Notes under the pieces: model-generated
Database searches by the model: none
What the model was told of the DNA's origin: nothing
The model's input: the letters and a program-made list of their open reading frames with translations, nothing else
NCBI GenBank assembly: GCA_033763415.1
Contig: JANRKP010000031.1
Span: 10,202-74,201, forward strand
Direction of reading: 5' to 3'
Source: Candidatus Melainabacteria bacterium
GTDB taxonomy: Bacteria > Cyanobacteriota > Vampirovibrionia > Vampirovibrionales > JAJTHC01
Length of the DNA stretch: 64,000 nt
Shown here: positions 1-9,700 of the stretch, one piece after another
Layout of the letters: every line of letters begins with the position of its first letter
How positions within the stretch are numbered: the first letter of the stretch is position 1
Made by a program: the position numbers and the translations under genes

Positions 1-2
1 CA

Positions 3-173
3 CCGGGGGCGCAGGTTAGTGGCGGTGGGGCCGCCTATAGTCTCAGTATCAACGGTTCTTCCCGAGGGGCCAGTTACAGCGTTGCCAACAACGGCGATGT
101 CCGCATTAGTAACCTGAATGGATTTACCCACTACGTGGTGAGCAATCATGGAACGATTCAAAAAGCCAATTAA
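3..173 (+). CDS. C-terminal fragment of an upstream gene cut by the window edge; unknown function
   Basis: Frame 3 is open from the window edge to TAA 171-173 (..GGGAAYSLSINGSSRGASYSVANNGDVRISNLNGFTHYVVSNHGTIQKAN*). It has no start inside the window, so it is absent from the ORF track. Confidence 0.3.
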   Translation, partial: PGAQVSGGGAAYSLSINGSSRGASYSVANNGDVRISNLNGFTHYVVSNHGTIQKAN

Positions 174-795
174 CGCTCTGGTTCAAAGCGCCGCCGCCTG
201 GGCTTGTGCCCGGCCACACCGGTGGAGCCCGGCTGTGCTTACGGCTGTGGTTAAACCCTGGCCATGCCGCCTACCCCACCACCGGCAACGGAAACAAACC
301 GCCCGCCCAGGCTTAACGCTGATTGAGGCGGCCATTGCCATTGGCATTATTGGCATTATTGGCGTGGCGGTTAGCAATGTGCTGCTGGCCGGGGTGGAAG
401 CCCAACTGAGTTCTAAAATCCATACGCATATGGAAACCACCGCTCTGAATATTGTGGATCAGTTGCGGTTTGATTTACGGTTTGCCCGCAATGTAACGGC
501 CCCCAGCCCCACCACCTTGCAATTTACTACGCAGGACAATGTGGCTGTTACATACAGCTTTACGGGAGGAGCCCTCACCCGGAACGGAACCTCGTTTACG
601 GCCAACGTACCGGTTACTTTATCGGTTACCTGCGGGGGGTGCTTTCAAACCAACGGCAAGCAGGTGAGTTTAAGCGGTCTGCAAATTACGGATGTCGCCA
701 CGGGCCAGTCCAATATCGATCGTGCGTTTGGCAAAGCCTCGTTCATTTACCCGGACGCCACCTTTGATGTGTTGACGGCCACAACCTTTGAGTAG
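148..795 (+). CDS. prepilin-type N-terminal cleavage/methylation domain protein (type IV pilin / pseudopilin-like)
   Basis: RPG|LTLIEAAIAIGIIGIIGVAV matches the G-x-TLIE plus hydrophobic helix signature. ATG 148 implies a 54-aa leader and overlaps the upstream frame, so an in-frame GTG at 235 or 247 is the more likely start. Confidence 0.6.
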   Translation: MERFKKPINALVQSAAAWACARPHRWSPAVLTAVVKPWPCRLPHHRQRKQTARPGLTLIEAAIAIGIIGIIGVAVSNVLLAGVEAQLSSKIHTHMETTALNIVDQLRFDLRFARNVTAPSPTTLQFTTQDNVAVTYSFTGGALTRNGTSFTANVPVTLSVTCGGCFQTNGKQVSLSGLQITDVATGQSNIDRAFGKASFIYPDATFDVLTATTFE

Positions 796-796
796 C

Positions 797-835
797 GTGC
801 CTCATGGACGTGCCCGATGGACGTGCCTGATGGAA
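797..835. repeat. 13-nt x3 tandem repeat
   Basis: GTGCCTCATGGAC / GTGCCCGATGGAC / GTGCCTGATGGAA, starting 2 nt after the pseudopilin stop. Confidence 0.9.
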
Positions 836-887
836 ATGAAGTAGCCTAAAAATAAATGTTTTTTTGATCAAGGTTTTTTCTGGGGCC

Positions 888-911
888 AAGACACAAGCTA
901 AGACACAAGCC
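888..911. repeat. 12-nt x2 tandem repeat
   Basis: AAGACACAAGCT / AAGACACAAGCC. Confidence 0.9.
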
Positions 912-946
912 AAACCACTTGATAAGCACCACCGGGAGAATTCCGT

Positions 947-1918
947 TTGCCACTGCCTGAGCCGTCCGCTGCTGCCATTGATGTTCCCATTTCCACGGGG
1001 CATCACAACGGTAATGGCCACGCCAGGCAACCGCGTCCGTGGCTGAGTGTTATTATTCCGGCGTACAACGAGGAAGACCGACTGCCGCAAACGTTGGCGG
1101 AGTTGGGTGCTTACTTTTTAAAAGCCATTCCGCTGGAAGACAAAATGCAGCACCAGCCCCCCCGTTGGATTGAAGTTATTTTGGTGAGCGATGGCAGTAC
1201 GGATGCAACCACGCGGGTGTTTCAAGCCTGGTTGGAGACAATGGCAAACAATCCAGCCTGGCATTGCCAGGCAACGCTGGTGGCGTACCCGCATCGTCGT
1301 GGAAAAGGCTACGCGGTGGCTGCTGGCATACGACAGGCAAGGGGGCAATGGTGCCTGCTGTACGATGCCGATGCCTCCACGCCGATTGAAGAGCTGGAGC
1401 GTTTGCTCCCCCTGGCCTGGCAGCATCCTCGCGCCGTGCTGATTGGTTCTCGCGCCAAGGCGGCTACCGATACGGCGGTTACCGCCAAATGGCAGCGTCG
1501 GCTGCTGGGGCGCGTGTTTAACCGGCTGTTAGGCAGGCTGACACCCGGTATTGAAGATACGCAGTGCGGCTTTAAGCTGTTTCCTGGCAAGTTGGCAAAA
1601 GCACTGTTTGCCAAACAAACCCAGTTTGGTTTTGCGTTCGATGTGGAAATTCTTCACATGGCGCTTCGCAACGGCGTTTCCGTGCTGGAAGTTCCTATCA
1701 ACTGGCGCCACGTCAGTGGTTCTAAAATTCATTTGCTGGCCGATGGCTTGAAGATGCTGCTGAGTGTTTTACGCATAGCACTCAACAGCGGGTGGGGCCA
1801 TTACCGTTTGCGCGCCAAGGAGCCCGCCTACCGGCTTTATTCTCCAGGCCAACTCAGGCAAACAGTTACGCAGGCGGAGCGATTGTTCACTTCCGAAGAA
1901 AAGCAGTCGGCGGGCTAA
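947..1918 (+). CDS. family-2 glycosyltransferase, polyprenol/dolichol-phosphate hexosyltransferase-like
   Basis: WLSVIIPAYNEEDRLPQTL, VSDGSTDAT and YDADAST are GT-A motifs, and overall it resembles DPM1/ALG5/GtrB-type enzymes. The true start may be internal. Confidence 0.8.
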   Translation: MPLPEPSAAAIDVPISTGHHNGNGHARQPRPWLSVIIPAYNEEDRLPQTLAELGAYFLKAIPLEDKMQHQPPRWIEVILVSDGSTDATTRVFQAWLETMANNPAWHCQATLVAYPHRRGKGYAVAAGIRQARGQWCLLYDADASTPIEELERLLPLAWQHPRAVLIGSRAKAATDTAVTAKWQRRLLGRVFNRLLGRLTPGIEDTQCGFKLFPGKLAKALFAKQTQFGFAFDVEILHMALRNGVSVLEVPINWRHVSGSKIHLLADGLKMLLSVLRIALNSGWGHYRLRAKEPAYRLYSPGQLRQTVTQAERLFTSEEKQSAG

Positions 1919-1956
1919 AGGCCAACGCGGCCTCACCCAACCTCAAAACCATACGG

Positions 1957-1980
1957 CGGGTTTATACCCGGGTTTATACC
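1957..1980. repeat. perfect 12-nt x2 tandem repeat
   Basis: CGGGTTTATACC occurs twice. Confidence 0.9.
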
Positions 1981-2211
1981 AAGAGGCGTTGAGTAGTGGG
2001 GGCTGGGTTGATAGGGGGGGGTGCGTTTGAGGTCTTGTCTCAAAGTCTTGCGTTAGCGCGGCGCATCGTATACTGTTAGGGCTAGATGGGCGTTATGCCA
2101 AATGCGCGTTACGGCGTCGGTGAGTAGGCTGGGGCCGCAGCGCCAAAAAAGTGCACATAAGCGCCTTCTGGCAGACCTCCCCCCCCTCGGCAAACCCAAG
2201 TGCGTTAGCGC

Positions 2212-2295
2212 AGGTATGTTAGGGTAGGTATGTTAGGGCAAGCCTGTTCAAGTCTGTTAGCGAGAGTCTGTTTGCAAGAGTCTGTGTTGCAAGAG
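2212..2295. repeat. cluster of short tandem repeats upstream of the small ORF and gatD
   Basis: AGGTATGTTAGGG x2 (2212-2239) and AGTCTGT(T/GT)TGCAAG x2 (2265-2293). TGCGTTAGCGC also occurs at ~2050 and ~2201. Confidence 0.85.
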
Positions 2296-2351
2296 ATGCC
2301 CCCATTCGTGTAACCGTAGCGTATCTTCTTTAAGGGAGAGTGACCTCCACC

Positions 2352-2537
2352 ATGGCACCAATAACCGATTCTTACGAAAACCCGTCACAGCCTCCAGTGG
2401 CCACATCGTCCTACGAAGTGGTGAACGAGGCCTACATTCGTCCTCCGGTTAATCCGGCCGTGTTTGGCTGGCTGATTTTTTTAGGGCTGCCGCTGCTCTT
2501 GTTCCTGCTGCTCTACGATCGCTTTAGCGGCATGTAA
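2352..2537 (+). CDS. small hypothetical membrane protein (61 aa)
   Basis: ATG 2352 lies 11 nt after AAGGGAGAG. There is a C-terminal hydrophobic helix (FGWLIFLGLPLLLFLLLY). The ORF ends 44 nt before gatD. Confidence 0.35.
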   Translation: MAPITDSYENPSQPPVATSSYEVVNEAYIRPPVNPAVFGWLIFLGLPLLLFLLLYDRFSGM

Positions 2538-2583
2538 CCCAACAGCCTTTCAGAATTAGCGTGTGGTTTAAATTAGGCGATTG

Positions 2584-3306
2584 ATGGAACTTCGCATCGC
2601 GCACCTTTACCCGGAAGAAATGAACATGTACGGCGATCGGGGCAACGTGTTGGCCCTGGTGCGTCGTTGCCAGTGGCGGCAGTGGTCCGTTACGCTTACC
2701 GCGCTGCGTGTGGGCGATAGTGTGGATCCGGCTGCGTTTGACCTGATTTTTATGGGCGGCGGGCAAGATTCTCAGCAGATAAAAATTGTGCAGGATTTAC
2801 ACACCCACAAAGCCGCAGGCTTGCGGCAGGCAGCCGAGCGTGGCGTGGTGTTTTTAACCATCTGTGGGGGCTACCAGTTATTGGGGCACTACTACAAACC
2901 CCACCAAGGAGAGAATCTACCCGGCCTGGGTTTGATTGACGCCTATACGGTGGCGGGTTCGCAGCGGTTTATTGGCAACGTCAGCATTCGCCGGCCTGAC
3001 GGCCAGACCGTTGTTGGCTTTGAAAACCACAGCGGGCTTACCTATTTGGGCAACGGCGTGCAGCCCCTGGGGACCGTTGTGGATGGTTACGGCAACAACG
3101 GGCAGGATGGTTGCGAGGGAGCCGTTAGTGGAAACCTTTATGGAACCTACCTGCACGGATCCTTGCTGCCGAAAAACCCTTCCCTGGCGGACGAATTAAT
3201 TGAAAAAGCCTTGTCTGTTCGCTACGGAAAGCCAATTGCGCTGTTTCCATTGGATGACACACTGGAACACAAAGCGCACGAGCGGGCGCTGACATTAAAG
3301 CCTTAA
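2584..3306 (+). CDS. gatD: CobQ/GatD-type glutamine amidotransferase (lipid II isoglutaminyl synthase subunit GatD-like)
   Basis: The N-terminus MELRIAHLYPEEMNMYGDRGN, the nucleophile context TICGGYQLLG and the His context YLHGSLLPKNP are typical of GatD. Confidence 0.8.
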   Translation: MELRIAHLYPEEMNMYGDRGNVLALVRRCQWRQWSVTLTALRVGDSVDPAAFDLIFMGGGQDSQQIKIVQDLHTHKAAGLRQAAERGVVFLTICGGYQLLGHYYKPHQGENLPGLGLIDAYTVAGSQRFIGNVSIRRPDGQTVVGFENHSGLTYLGNGVQPLGTVVDGYGNNGQDGCEGAVSGNLYGTYLHGSLLPKNPSLADELIEKALSVRYGKPIALFPLDDTLEHKAHERALTLKP

Positions 3307-3325
3307 TCACAGCCGCGGGGGTGTG

Positions 3326-4618
3326 CTAACGGTTTTGTGTGCTCCTCTCGGCAAGGACGTTCTGGTAGGCTTGTTCCAGGTGCTGTAAAAACCGGTTGTA
3401 ATCAAACACATCGGCCCGTCGTTGCAGCCGTTCCAGGTGTTGTTGCCGTTCGGCTGGCGATAGATCCAGCAGGGCCAAAACGGCCTGCGTCATCGCTTCT
3501 ATGTTGCCCGGGGGCACCAGCAGTTTGTGGGCCAAGTCGGTTCCTGTTTCCGGCCCCATCAACACTTCCGGTATACCGCCCACGGCATAGGAAACCGGCA
3601 ACGCGCCACACGCCATGGCCTCGACAATCCGCAGACCAAACCCCTCTTGCAGAGAGACGCTGACCGTCACATCCGAAGCCGCCATCCACGGGGCTACTTG
3701 TTGTTGGTGCCCCAGTAATTTCATTCGACTCCCCTGAGGGTGTTCCGCCTGCCATTGGGCAAAGGCCGGGGCTTGGTCGCCGTGGCCAACCACCAAAAAA
3801 TAGAGGGGCGGTCGCTTGCGTTTGATGGATTCCGCCAGCAGGCGTTCGGCAAGATCCAGAAACGCCAGCGCGTTCTTGTCCGTGTCTAACCGGCAGATAA
3901 AGGACACGCAGGAGGCTTCGGGCGGAATGTTAACCGATTGCTTCAGCGCGGAAATATCGGTATGGCTTGCCTGCTGACGAAACGCTGCCAGTGGAACGCC
4001 ATTGTACATGACCTGCGTGGAACTGTTTGGCGGCACAAACCCTTCTTCGATCATGCGCTGCTGTTCTGCCCCGCTGACAAAATACAACCGGTTTAGGTGC
4101 GGGACCAAGGCCCGGAATAGCGGCTTTGTAAGCTGAACCAACCAGCGTTGCGGGCCTGGTTTGCAAATAGAAAGGTTAAACGGCGCCCCGTAGCTGTGGA
4201 ACGTGTACACCACCGGAAAGCCCAACCCGCGAATAAACGCATGCTCCACCCGGCCCCAATGCACGTGGACCAACGCTGGTTTTTCCTGGCGCAAAATACG
4301 CCACAGGCAAACGTAGCGCCAGGGGTTAAAGGTTGCAAAAATGCTTCGGTGGCCCGGTTCCAGCGGAATGGTGGCGTGGGGGATACCGGCCTGCTGCACT
4401 TGCCGATGAAATGGCGTGCCGTGCGAGCAAACAATAAAAGGGTCAAACCGCTTGCCGTTGCGCAGCGCCTGGGCCAGCAAAAAAATGTAGCGCTCTATGC
4501 CGCCTATCTTATCCGGGTAATCGTAGCCATACAGCAACACCCGTGGGCGCAACGGCGGATTGGATTCCTCCGAAGCTTCGGGAGCATTGGGGTTGTTGGG
4601 GGTCTCAGGCAGTGGCAT
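3326..4618 (-). CDS. GT-B fold glycosyltransferase, family 4-like
   Basis: The C-terminal EGFGLRIVEAMACGALPVS (E-x7-E region) and overall length are typical of GT4/GT1 retaining transferases. Confidence 0.8.
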   Translation of the reverse strand: MPLPETPNNPNAPEASEESNPPLRPRVLLYGYDYPDKIGGIERYIFLLAQALRNGKRFDPFIVCSHGTPFHRQVQQAGIPHATIPLEPGHRSIFATFNPWRYVCLWRILRQEKPALVHVHWGRVEHAFIRGLGFPVVYTFHSYGAPFNLSICKPGPQRWLVQLTKPLFRALVPHLNRLYFVSGAEQQRMIEEGFVPPNSSTQVMYNGVPLAAFRQQASHTDISALKQSVNIPPEASCVSFICRLDTDKNALAFLDLAERLLAESIKRKRPPLYFLVVGHGDQAPAFAQWQAEHPQGSRMKLLGHQQQVAPWMAASDVTVSVSLQEGFGLRIVEAMACGALPVSYAVGGIPEVLMGPETGTDLAHKLLVPPGNIEAMTQAVLALLDLSPAERQQHLERLQRRADVFDYNRFLQHLEQAYQNVLAERSTQNR

Positions 4619-5001
4619 TATTCCGGTTGTTACATCCCATGACTGTATCCTTGGGTCTATGGACTGGTGGCGCTTTCAAATTATACAAAAAGCTCAAACC
4701 ATACGGAAAAACCCATAGCAACTTTTAAAAGGCTCGGGTGTTTATCCACTCACACATCGGCATTTCACATCTGGGCAATGCAACGACAACCGGCCTACTG
4801 CGTTCCAAAAACAGGTTGTTGCGCAACGCCTTGCCACACACTTTATTGTTGGCCTCGGTTTTTTAACTGGAAACCTCCCTGCTTTTCGAACGTCTTTTGG
4901 AACTCCTGCATTCCGTTGGCCCTTCTGTTTACCATTGCGTTGGTTTGATGAACCGTTTTGTCTCTCTGTAAACGCTGTTTTCAAAACACCCTGTTGTTCA
5001 A

Positions 5002-6291
5002 GTGTTCAAGATGCCTAGTTCTCTCGCCGCTCTCGCAGCAATTCATTCCCCACGCCATTTGGAGACCCACTGCAATATGTGCATTCCTCTGTCTACTTTC
5101 TCCAGTTTGTCACTTGCGCCTAACCTCAAGCGGTATGTGATTGCAGGTGCTATTTTGGCGATGCTGTCACTGCAACTGGGCTTGTCCTTGTTCCCTGGGT
5201 GGGGCGTACAAACAGTGTTGGCGCAAACCTTGGATTCTCTCACCGTGGAGAACACCGCCTCGTCGCCGACAAATTCCTACGAGCAGGCGCTGCAAGCGGG
5301 TCTTTCTGGCCACGTGGAATACTCGCAAAATCGCTACCGGGTGGGGCCAGGCGATGTACTCAAGCTGTTTGTCTACTACCAGCCCGATATGAGCCAGGAT
5401 GAAATTCTGATCCGCGCCGATGGGATGGCCTCGTTTAACGGGGTGGGCGAAGTCAGCGTGGGCGGCAAAACCGTGGATGAAATTACCCGCCTGCTGGAAC
5501 AAGAACTGGGCTTGTTGGTCAAACAGCCCCGCATTACGGTGTCAGTAACCCGAACTCGCCCTGGTGTGGTTTATTTGGCAGGCGCCCTGATGAAGCCCGG
5601 CATGGTGCAAATGAGCACCTACACCGGCAACGGGGCCGGGGAAAGACAAACCCCCATTCAACGCACCGATCTGCGGCTGACCAACGTGCTGGCCAACGCG
5701 GGCGGCGTGGCCCTGAATGCCGATTTGGGCAACATTCGGGTAACGCGGGCGCATACGGGGATTGTACAAACCGTTAACCTATGGCAGTTGCTCAAAACCG
5801 GCAGCAGCGATCAAGACCTGTGGCTTCAATCCGGCGATTCCGTGTTTGTGCCGCCCCTGCCGCAAATGGCCCTGAATGATGAGGATTACATCCTGCTGTT
5901 GCGTTCCTCCATTGGGCCAAGCACCTTTCCGGTTCGGCTGATTGGCCAGGTGGGCAAGCCCGGCGTGGTAGAATTGGAGGCGAAATCGCCGTTCTTAAAC
6001 ACGGCACTCTCTCGGGCGGAAGGCTTTGCCCCGGGCGCCAACAAAAAGGTTATTGCCATTCGTCGCTTTAGCAGCGAAACTGCTTTCTCCAACATCATGA
6101 TCGATCCCAACCGACAAGATGTGGTCCTGCGGCCCAATGACGTGATTTTCGTTTCCGAGGCGGCGGTTTACAAGGCCGGTCGCTTTGGCGAGCAAGTGGC
6201 CAAGGTGTTTCAACCGTTCACCAATGCCGCGTGGGCGGCCAGTGGATCGGCGCAAGTGTTTGGCATTGGCGGATTCAGAACGTTCCGCTAA
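5002..6291 (+). CDS. polysaccharide export protein (Wza/Poly_export + SLBB-like)
   Basis: YRVGPGDVLKLFVY is a Poly_export motif, followed by SLBB-like repeats (GEVSVGGKTVDEI, GQVGKPGVVEL). The N-terminus has a hydrophobic signal (VIAGAILAMLSLQLGL). The start is uncertain (GTG 5002, ATG 5011 or 5077). Confidence 0.8.
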   Translation: MFKMPSSLAALAAIHSPRHLETHCNMCIPLSTFSSLSLAPNLKRYVIAGAILAMLSLQLGLSLFPGWGVQTVLAQTLDSLTVENTASSPTNSYEQALQAGLSGHVEYSQNRYRVGPGDVLKLFVYYQPDMSQDEILIRADGMASFNGVGEVSVGGKTVDEITRLLEQELGLLVKQPRITVSVTRTRPGVVYLAGALMKPGMVQMSTYTGNGAGERQTPIQRTDLRLTNVLANAGGVALNADLGNIRVTRAHTGIVQTVNLWQLLKTGSSDQDLWLQSGDSVFVPPLPQMALNDEDYILLLRSSIGPSTFPVRLIGQVGKPGVVELEAKSPFLNTALSRAEGFAPGANKKVIAIRRFSSETAFSNIMIDPNRQDVVLRPNDVIFVSEAAVYKAGRFGEQVAKVFQPFTNAAWAASGSAQVFGIGGFRTFR

Positions 6292-6398
6292 GCGCCTGTT
6301 TGTTGTAAAAATCGTTTTTTTTGAATTCCCTTCTGCACGGCACCGTTTAACCACAAACCGTCATCCGCCCCGTTTGATGTTTCAGGAGTCCCCTTTCC

Positions 6399-6671
6399 GT
6401 GACCCAACCATCTTCCCCCCCACTGAATGCGTCACCCCCGAATGTCTCTCAGGCTTTACAACACCGCCTGCCGTCGGTTGCGCTTTCAAGGCAACCCAAT
6501 GGTAACGCTTCCCGCAGCAAACCGTCTTTCCCCCTCGGCTGGTGGGATCAACTTTGGCGCTGTCTGGGCTGGCGTTCTCCTGCCGAGCGTAACCTTCGCT
6601 CCTACACGGGTCTGGCCTCCCCTCGGCCGGTTGCCCCAATTGCCACCGGCCGCCGTGACCCAATTGCGTGA
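6399..6671 (+). CDS. possible small ORF or remnant carrying a duplicate of the PCP N-terminal motif
   Basis: It is in the same frame as 6723..9770 but separated from it by three stops (TGA 6669, TGA 6708, TAG 6714). LGWRSPAERNLRSYTG mirrors LGWQSPEARYLRSFTG in the next gene. Confidence 0.2.
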   Translation: MTQPSSPPLNASPPNVSQALQHRLPSVALSRQPNGNASRSKPSFPLGWWDQLWRCLGWRSPAERNLRSYTGLASPRPVAPIATGRRDPIA

Positions 6672-6722
6672 CCAATTTTTTGCGTATTACCCCTCGTTGC
6701 TGACCGTTGAGGATAGTGCCCC

Positions 6723-9700
6723 GTGAACCCACGTTCGTCATCTCATCCGTCCCACCCGCTGCCGCCCGAAGCTGGCATTGCACACCACCCGCGCCAAGGT
6801 GCTGGCAAGGCGCCCCAAGCTGGGGGCCAAGGCTGGCTGAGCAACCTGATGGCGACGTTGGGCTGGCAATCGCCCGAAGCGCGGTATTTACGTTCCTTTA
6901 CCGGTTCGCTCAGTCAGCCCAAAACCACCTCGGTTCGGGTGGACCGCACCCTGACCCACAGCACGTCAAAACAGGGCGCTTTTCCGCTTTCGGAAAGCCC
7001 GATGACGGTGGATTTGACCACCCGTTACACCACAACCCACTCTTATCAATCGACGTTTCACCCCAAGCTGGTGCAATCCTTCGAAGAGGCTGTCAATCCG
7101 GCCGAACACTCCCTCACAGACGAGACCACGGCAAAAACATCTCAAAGCGTGGCCAGCCCGTTGGTGGATAACGACAATACCCAGGCTCAACCCTCTGCGT
7201 CTTCATCCAGCGATCGTTACCCACTGAGTCATCAAACACGACGTCGGCCAGTTGGCGACACGTTGGCGGCCAGTTCCGACGCAGCCGACCCCACCCCTGC
7301 CCTGGAAACCTTGTTGCCCGAAGCGGCCCTGTCTCCAGCGGACAGTCCAACGCCGTTGGCGCAATCCTTGACCATTGCCCCTGTTGTGGAAGCCAACACA
7401 ACACCCGCAAGACCCGATATTGATTTTGAGCTGGACAAAGCTTTTGGCACTGAGGAAACCCGGCCACCCATCGCCCCCCCCACTGTGCCAGCCGATGAGG
7501 CAACCCCGGAAAACGCCCTTCCGCAGATGTTTCAAGCCGAACGAACAGGCACCGAACGGATAGGCGCGGATCAATCCACGGAAGCAAACGGAGAGCCGGT
7601 TGCCCCTGAAGCTGCCTCTGAAATGGGCTACCATGCCGAACCCAGCTTGCTGGAAACCTTGCACCGCATGCTCCATGCCAGCCACGAATTGCGAGAGCAT
7701 CACTGGGATGAGGGTACCGCCGATCAGGAATGGTCCCATACCACGGAGGCCACTTTTACAGCCACCCGCCGTACCCCGGAAGGAGCGACGAGCACGCGCT
7801 ATATGACCGATCCGCGCACTGGCCAGCCAAGCAGTAATCCGACCCCGTCTCACGCTTCGGCGGATCGCGCCTTGCACGAGGCCAGCGTTCAGGTATCGAA
7901 GAACACTTCACTGACCACCACGGTTTCCATTCATTCTCCCACCGCGGCTCGTTCGGCAACGCCGCTGAGCGGTTGGGATATGTCTGCTTCTGCAGCCACT
8001 GCAGACCAAAACGGCCTGAACAACGGGTTCAACCAGGCCACCGCGAAACCTTCTAGGCCGTCGGCTTCAAAACCAAAATCCATTCTGGCCATCCTTTGGC
8101 GAGAGAAGTTTTGGGTGGCGGCGGTTAGCCTGTTTGTGTGGTGTTTTACGCTGGGCTATGGCTTGTTCATTCATAAGCCAAGCTACGTGTCGGAATCAGT
8201 GGTTATGATTAAAGACTCTGCCGTGACGGCCCGCTACCTGACGGACGCGCCCTACCAAACGACTTCTTCCAGCTCGGCCAATCCGGTGGTAAACACCCAA
8301 GGCCTGTTGCGAACCAAAAGCGTTTCCGACGCGGTGTACGAATACTTTGTGGCACACTATCCCAGCGTGCTTCAGGCCCAAAAAATTAACAACGCCCGCG
8401 AGTGGGCCGCGTTTTTTGGCGATGGCAGCCGGTTTATCAAAAGCAAAAACATTCCGGGCTCGGATCTGATTCAAATCAGTTTTGCCTGGCCCAACCCCGA
8501 GGTTGCCCAGCAGGCCTTGTCTGAGGCCTTGAAAGCCTTTCAACAGGCCAGTCTGGCGCTAAATCGTACGGAGCAGATAACGCGCGGAGCGTTTCTGGAT
8601 AAAAAAGTGGCCGACATTCGCAAGCGTCTGGGCGAGGTTCGGGCCGAAAAAAGCGCCTACATGAAAAAGCACGGCCAGGTGAACATCAACTGGGAAACCC
8701 AGGAAATGGCGCGCCAACGGCTGGAGCTTCAAATGCGCATTAGCCAAACCCGAGCTTTCGCCCAGGGTAAGGAGGCGGAGTACCGCCGTTACCAGGAGAT
8801 GGTCAAACTGTCCCCGTCAGAATCGTTAACGGCAACCGCCGTGGGTCAAAATGCGACCATGGCCAAGCTGCAAGACCGTCTGTACGACCTTACCCAGACC
8901 CACGAGCGCCTCTCTGCCACACTGACCGACACCAACCCGAAGGTGCAGGAATTGCAGGCGCAAATAAACCAGGCCAAAGCGGATATTGAAACCGAAATGA
9001 AACGCACGCTGGGCGAATCCGGCAAAGCCCCCAGCCGGGTGGTGGCCGATGTGACTGGCGGAGAGGTAATCGAGCGAATGGCCAGTACCTACGCCGATTC
9101 GTCCCGGCTGAAAAACGAGCTGAACACCCTTCAGGCCAGCTATAACAAAATAGAAGCCCAGGCCAAGGCGCTGCCCGAAGTACAGGCCAAACTGATGGCC
9201 TACGAGCAGGAAGAACGCGGCTTGAGCACGGCGCTCGATTCCTTGAACCAGAAGGAACTGGAAGCGCAAATGAAGGTGGCCGAAACCCTGAGCAACGTGT
9301 TTATTGTGGATCCGCCCCGGACGCCCGCGAAACCCCAGTTTCCGGCACAAAGCCACGTGATTGTGCTTGGTTTGCTGGCGGGCTTAATGTTGGGCCTAGG
9401 CGCCGCCCTGGTGAAGCACCAGGTAGGAGAATGGGTGGATGGCCTGGAAGAGGAGGCGGATGACGACCGCAGCAGCTATCCTCAAATGCCCCCGCCGTCG
9501 CTTGCAAATAATCTAAACTACAATGCCCTGCCTGCAACAGCAGGGGCCGAAGCCAACCGTTTACCCGCCCTGGCCACCACCAGCCAACTGCCGCACGAAG
9601 GCGGCCTGCTGACGGCCACCGGCCATTCTCGTGGGGTTTCTTCCGGCGGCTTGGACGCCACCCGGCCAGAGGCCGCGGAGGTTTCTCCCGCCCACCACTC

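Noticed and set aside
7203-9356. Several 100-220-aa ORFs antisense to, or out of frame with, the PCP gene (for example 7203..7877 and 8826..9356)
   Set aside because: The sense frame is open for 1015 codons and ends in a recognisable Wzz/GumC module. The alternatives have no start context or motifs.
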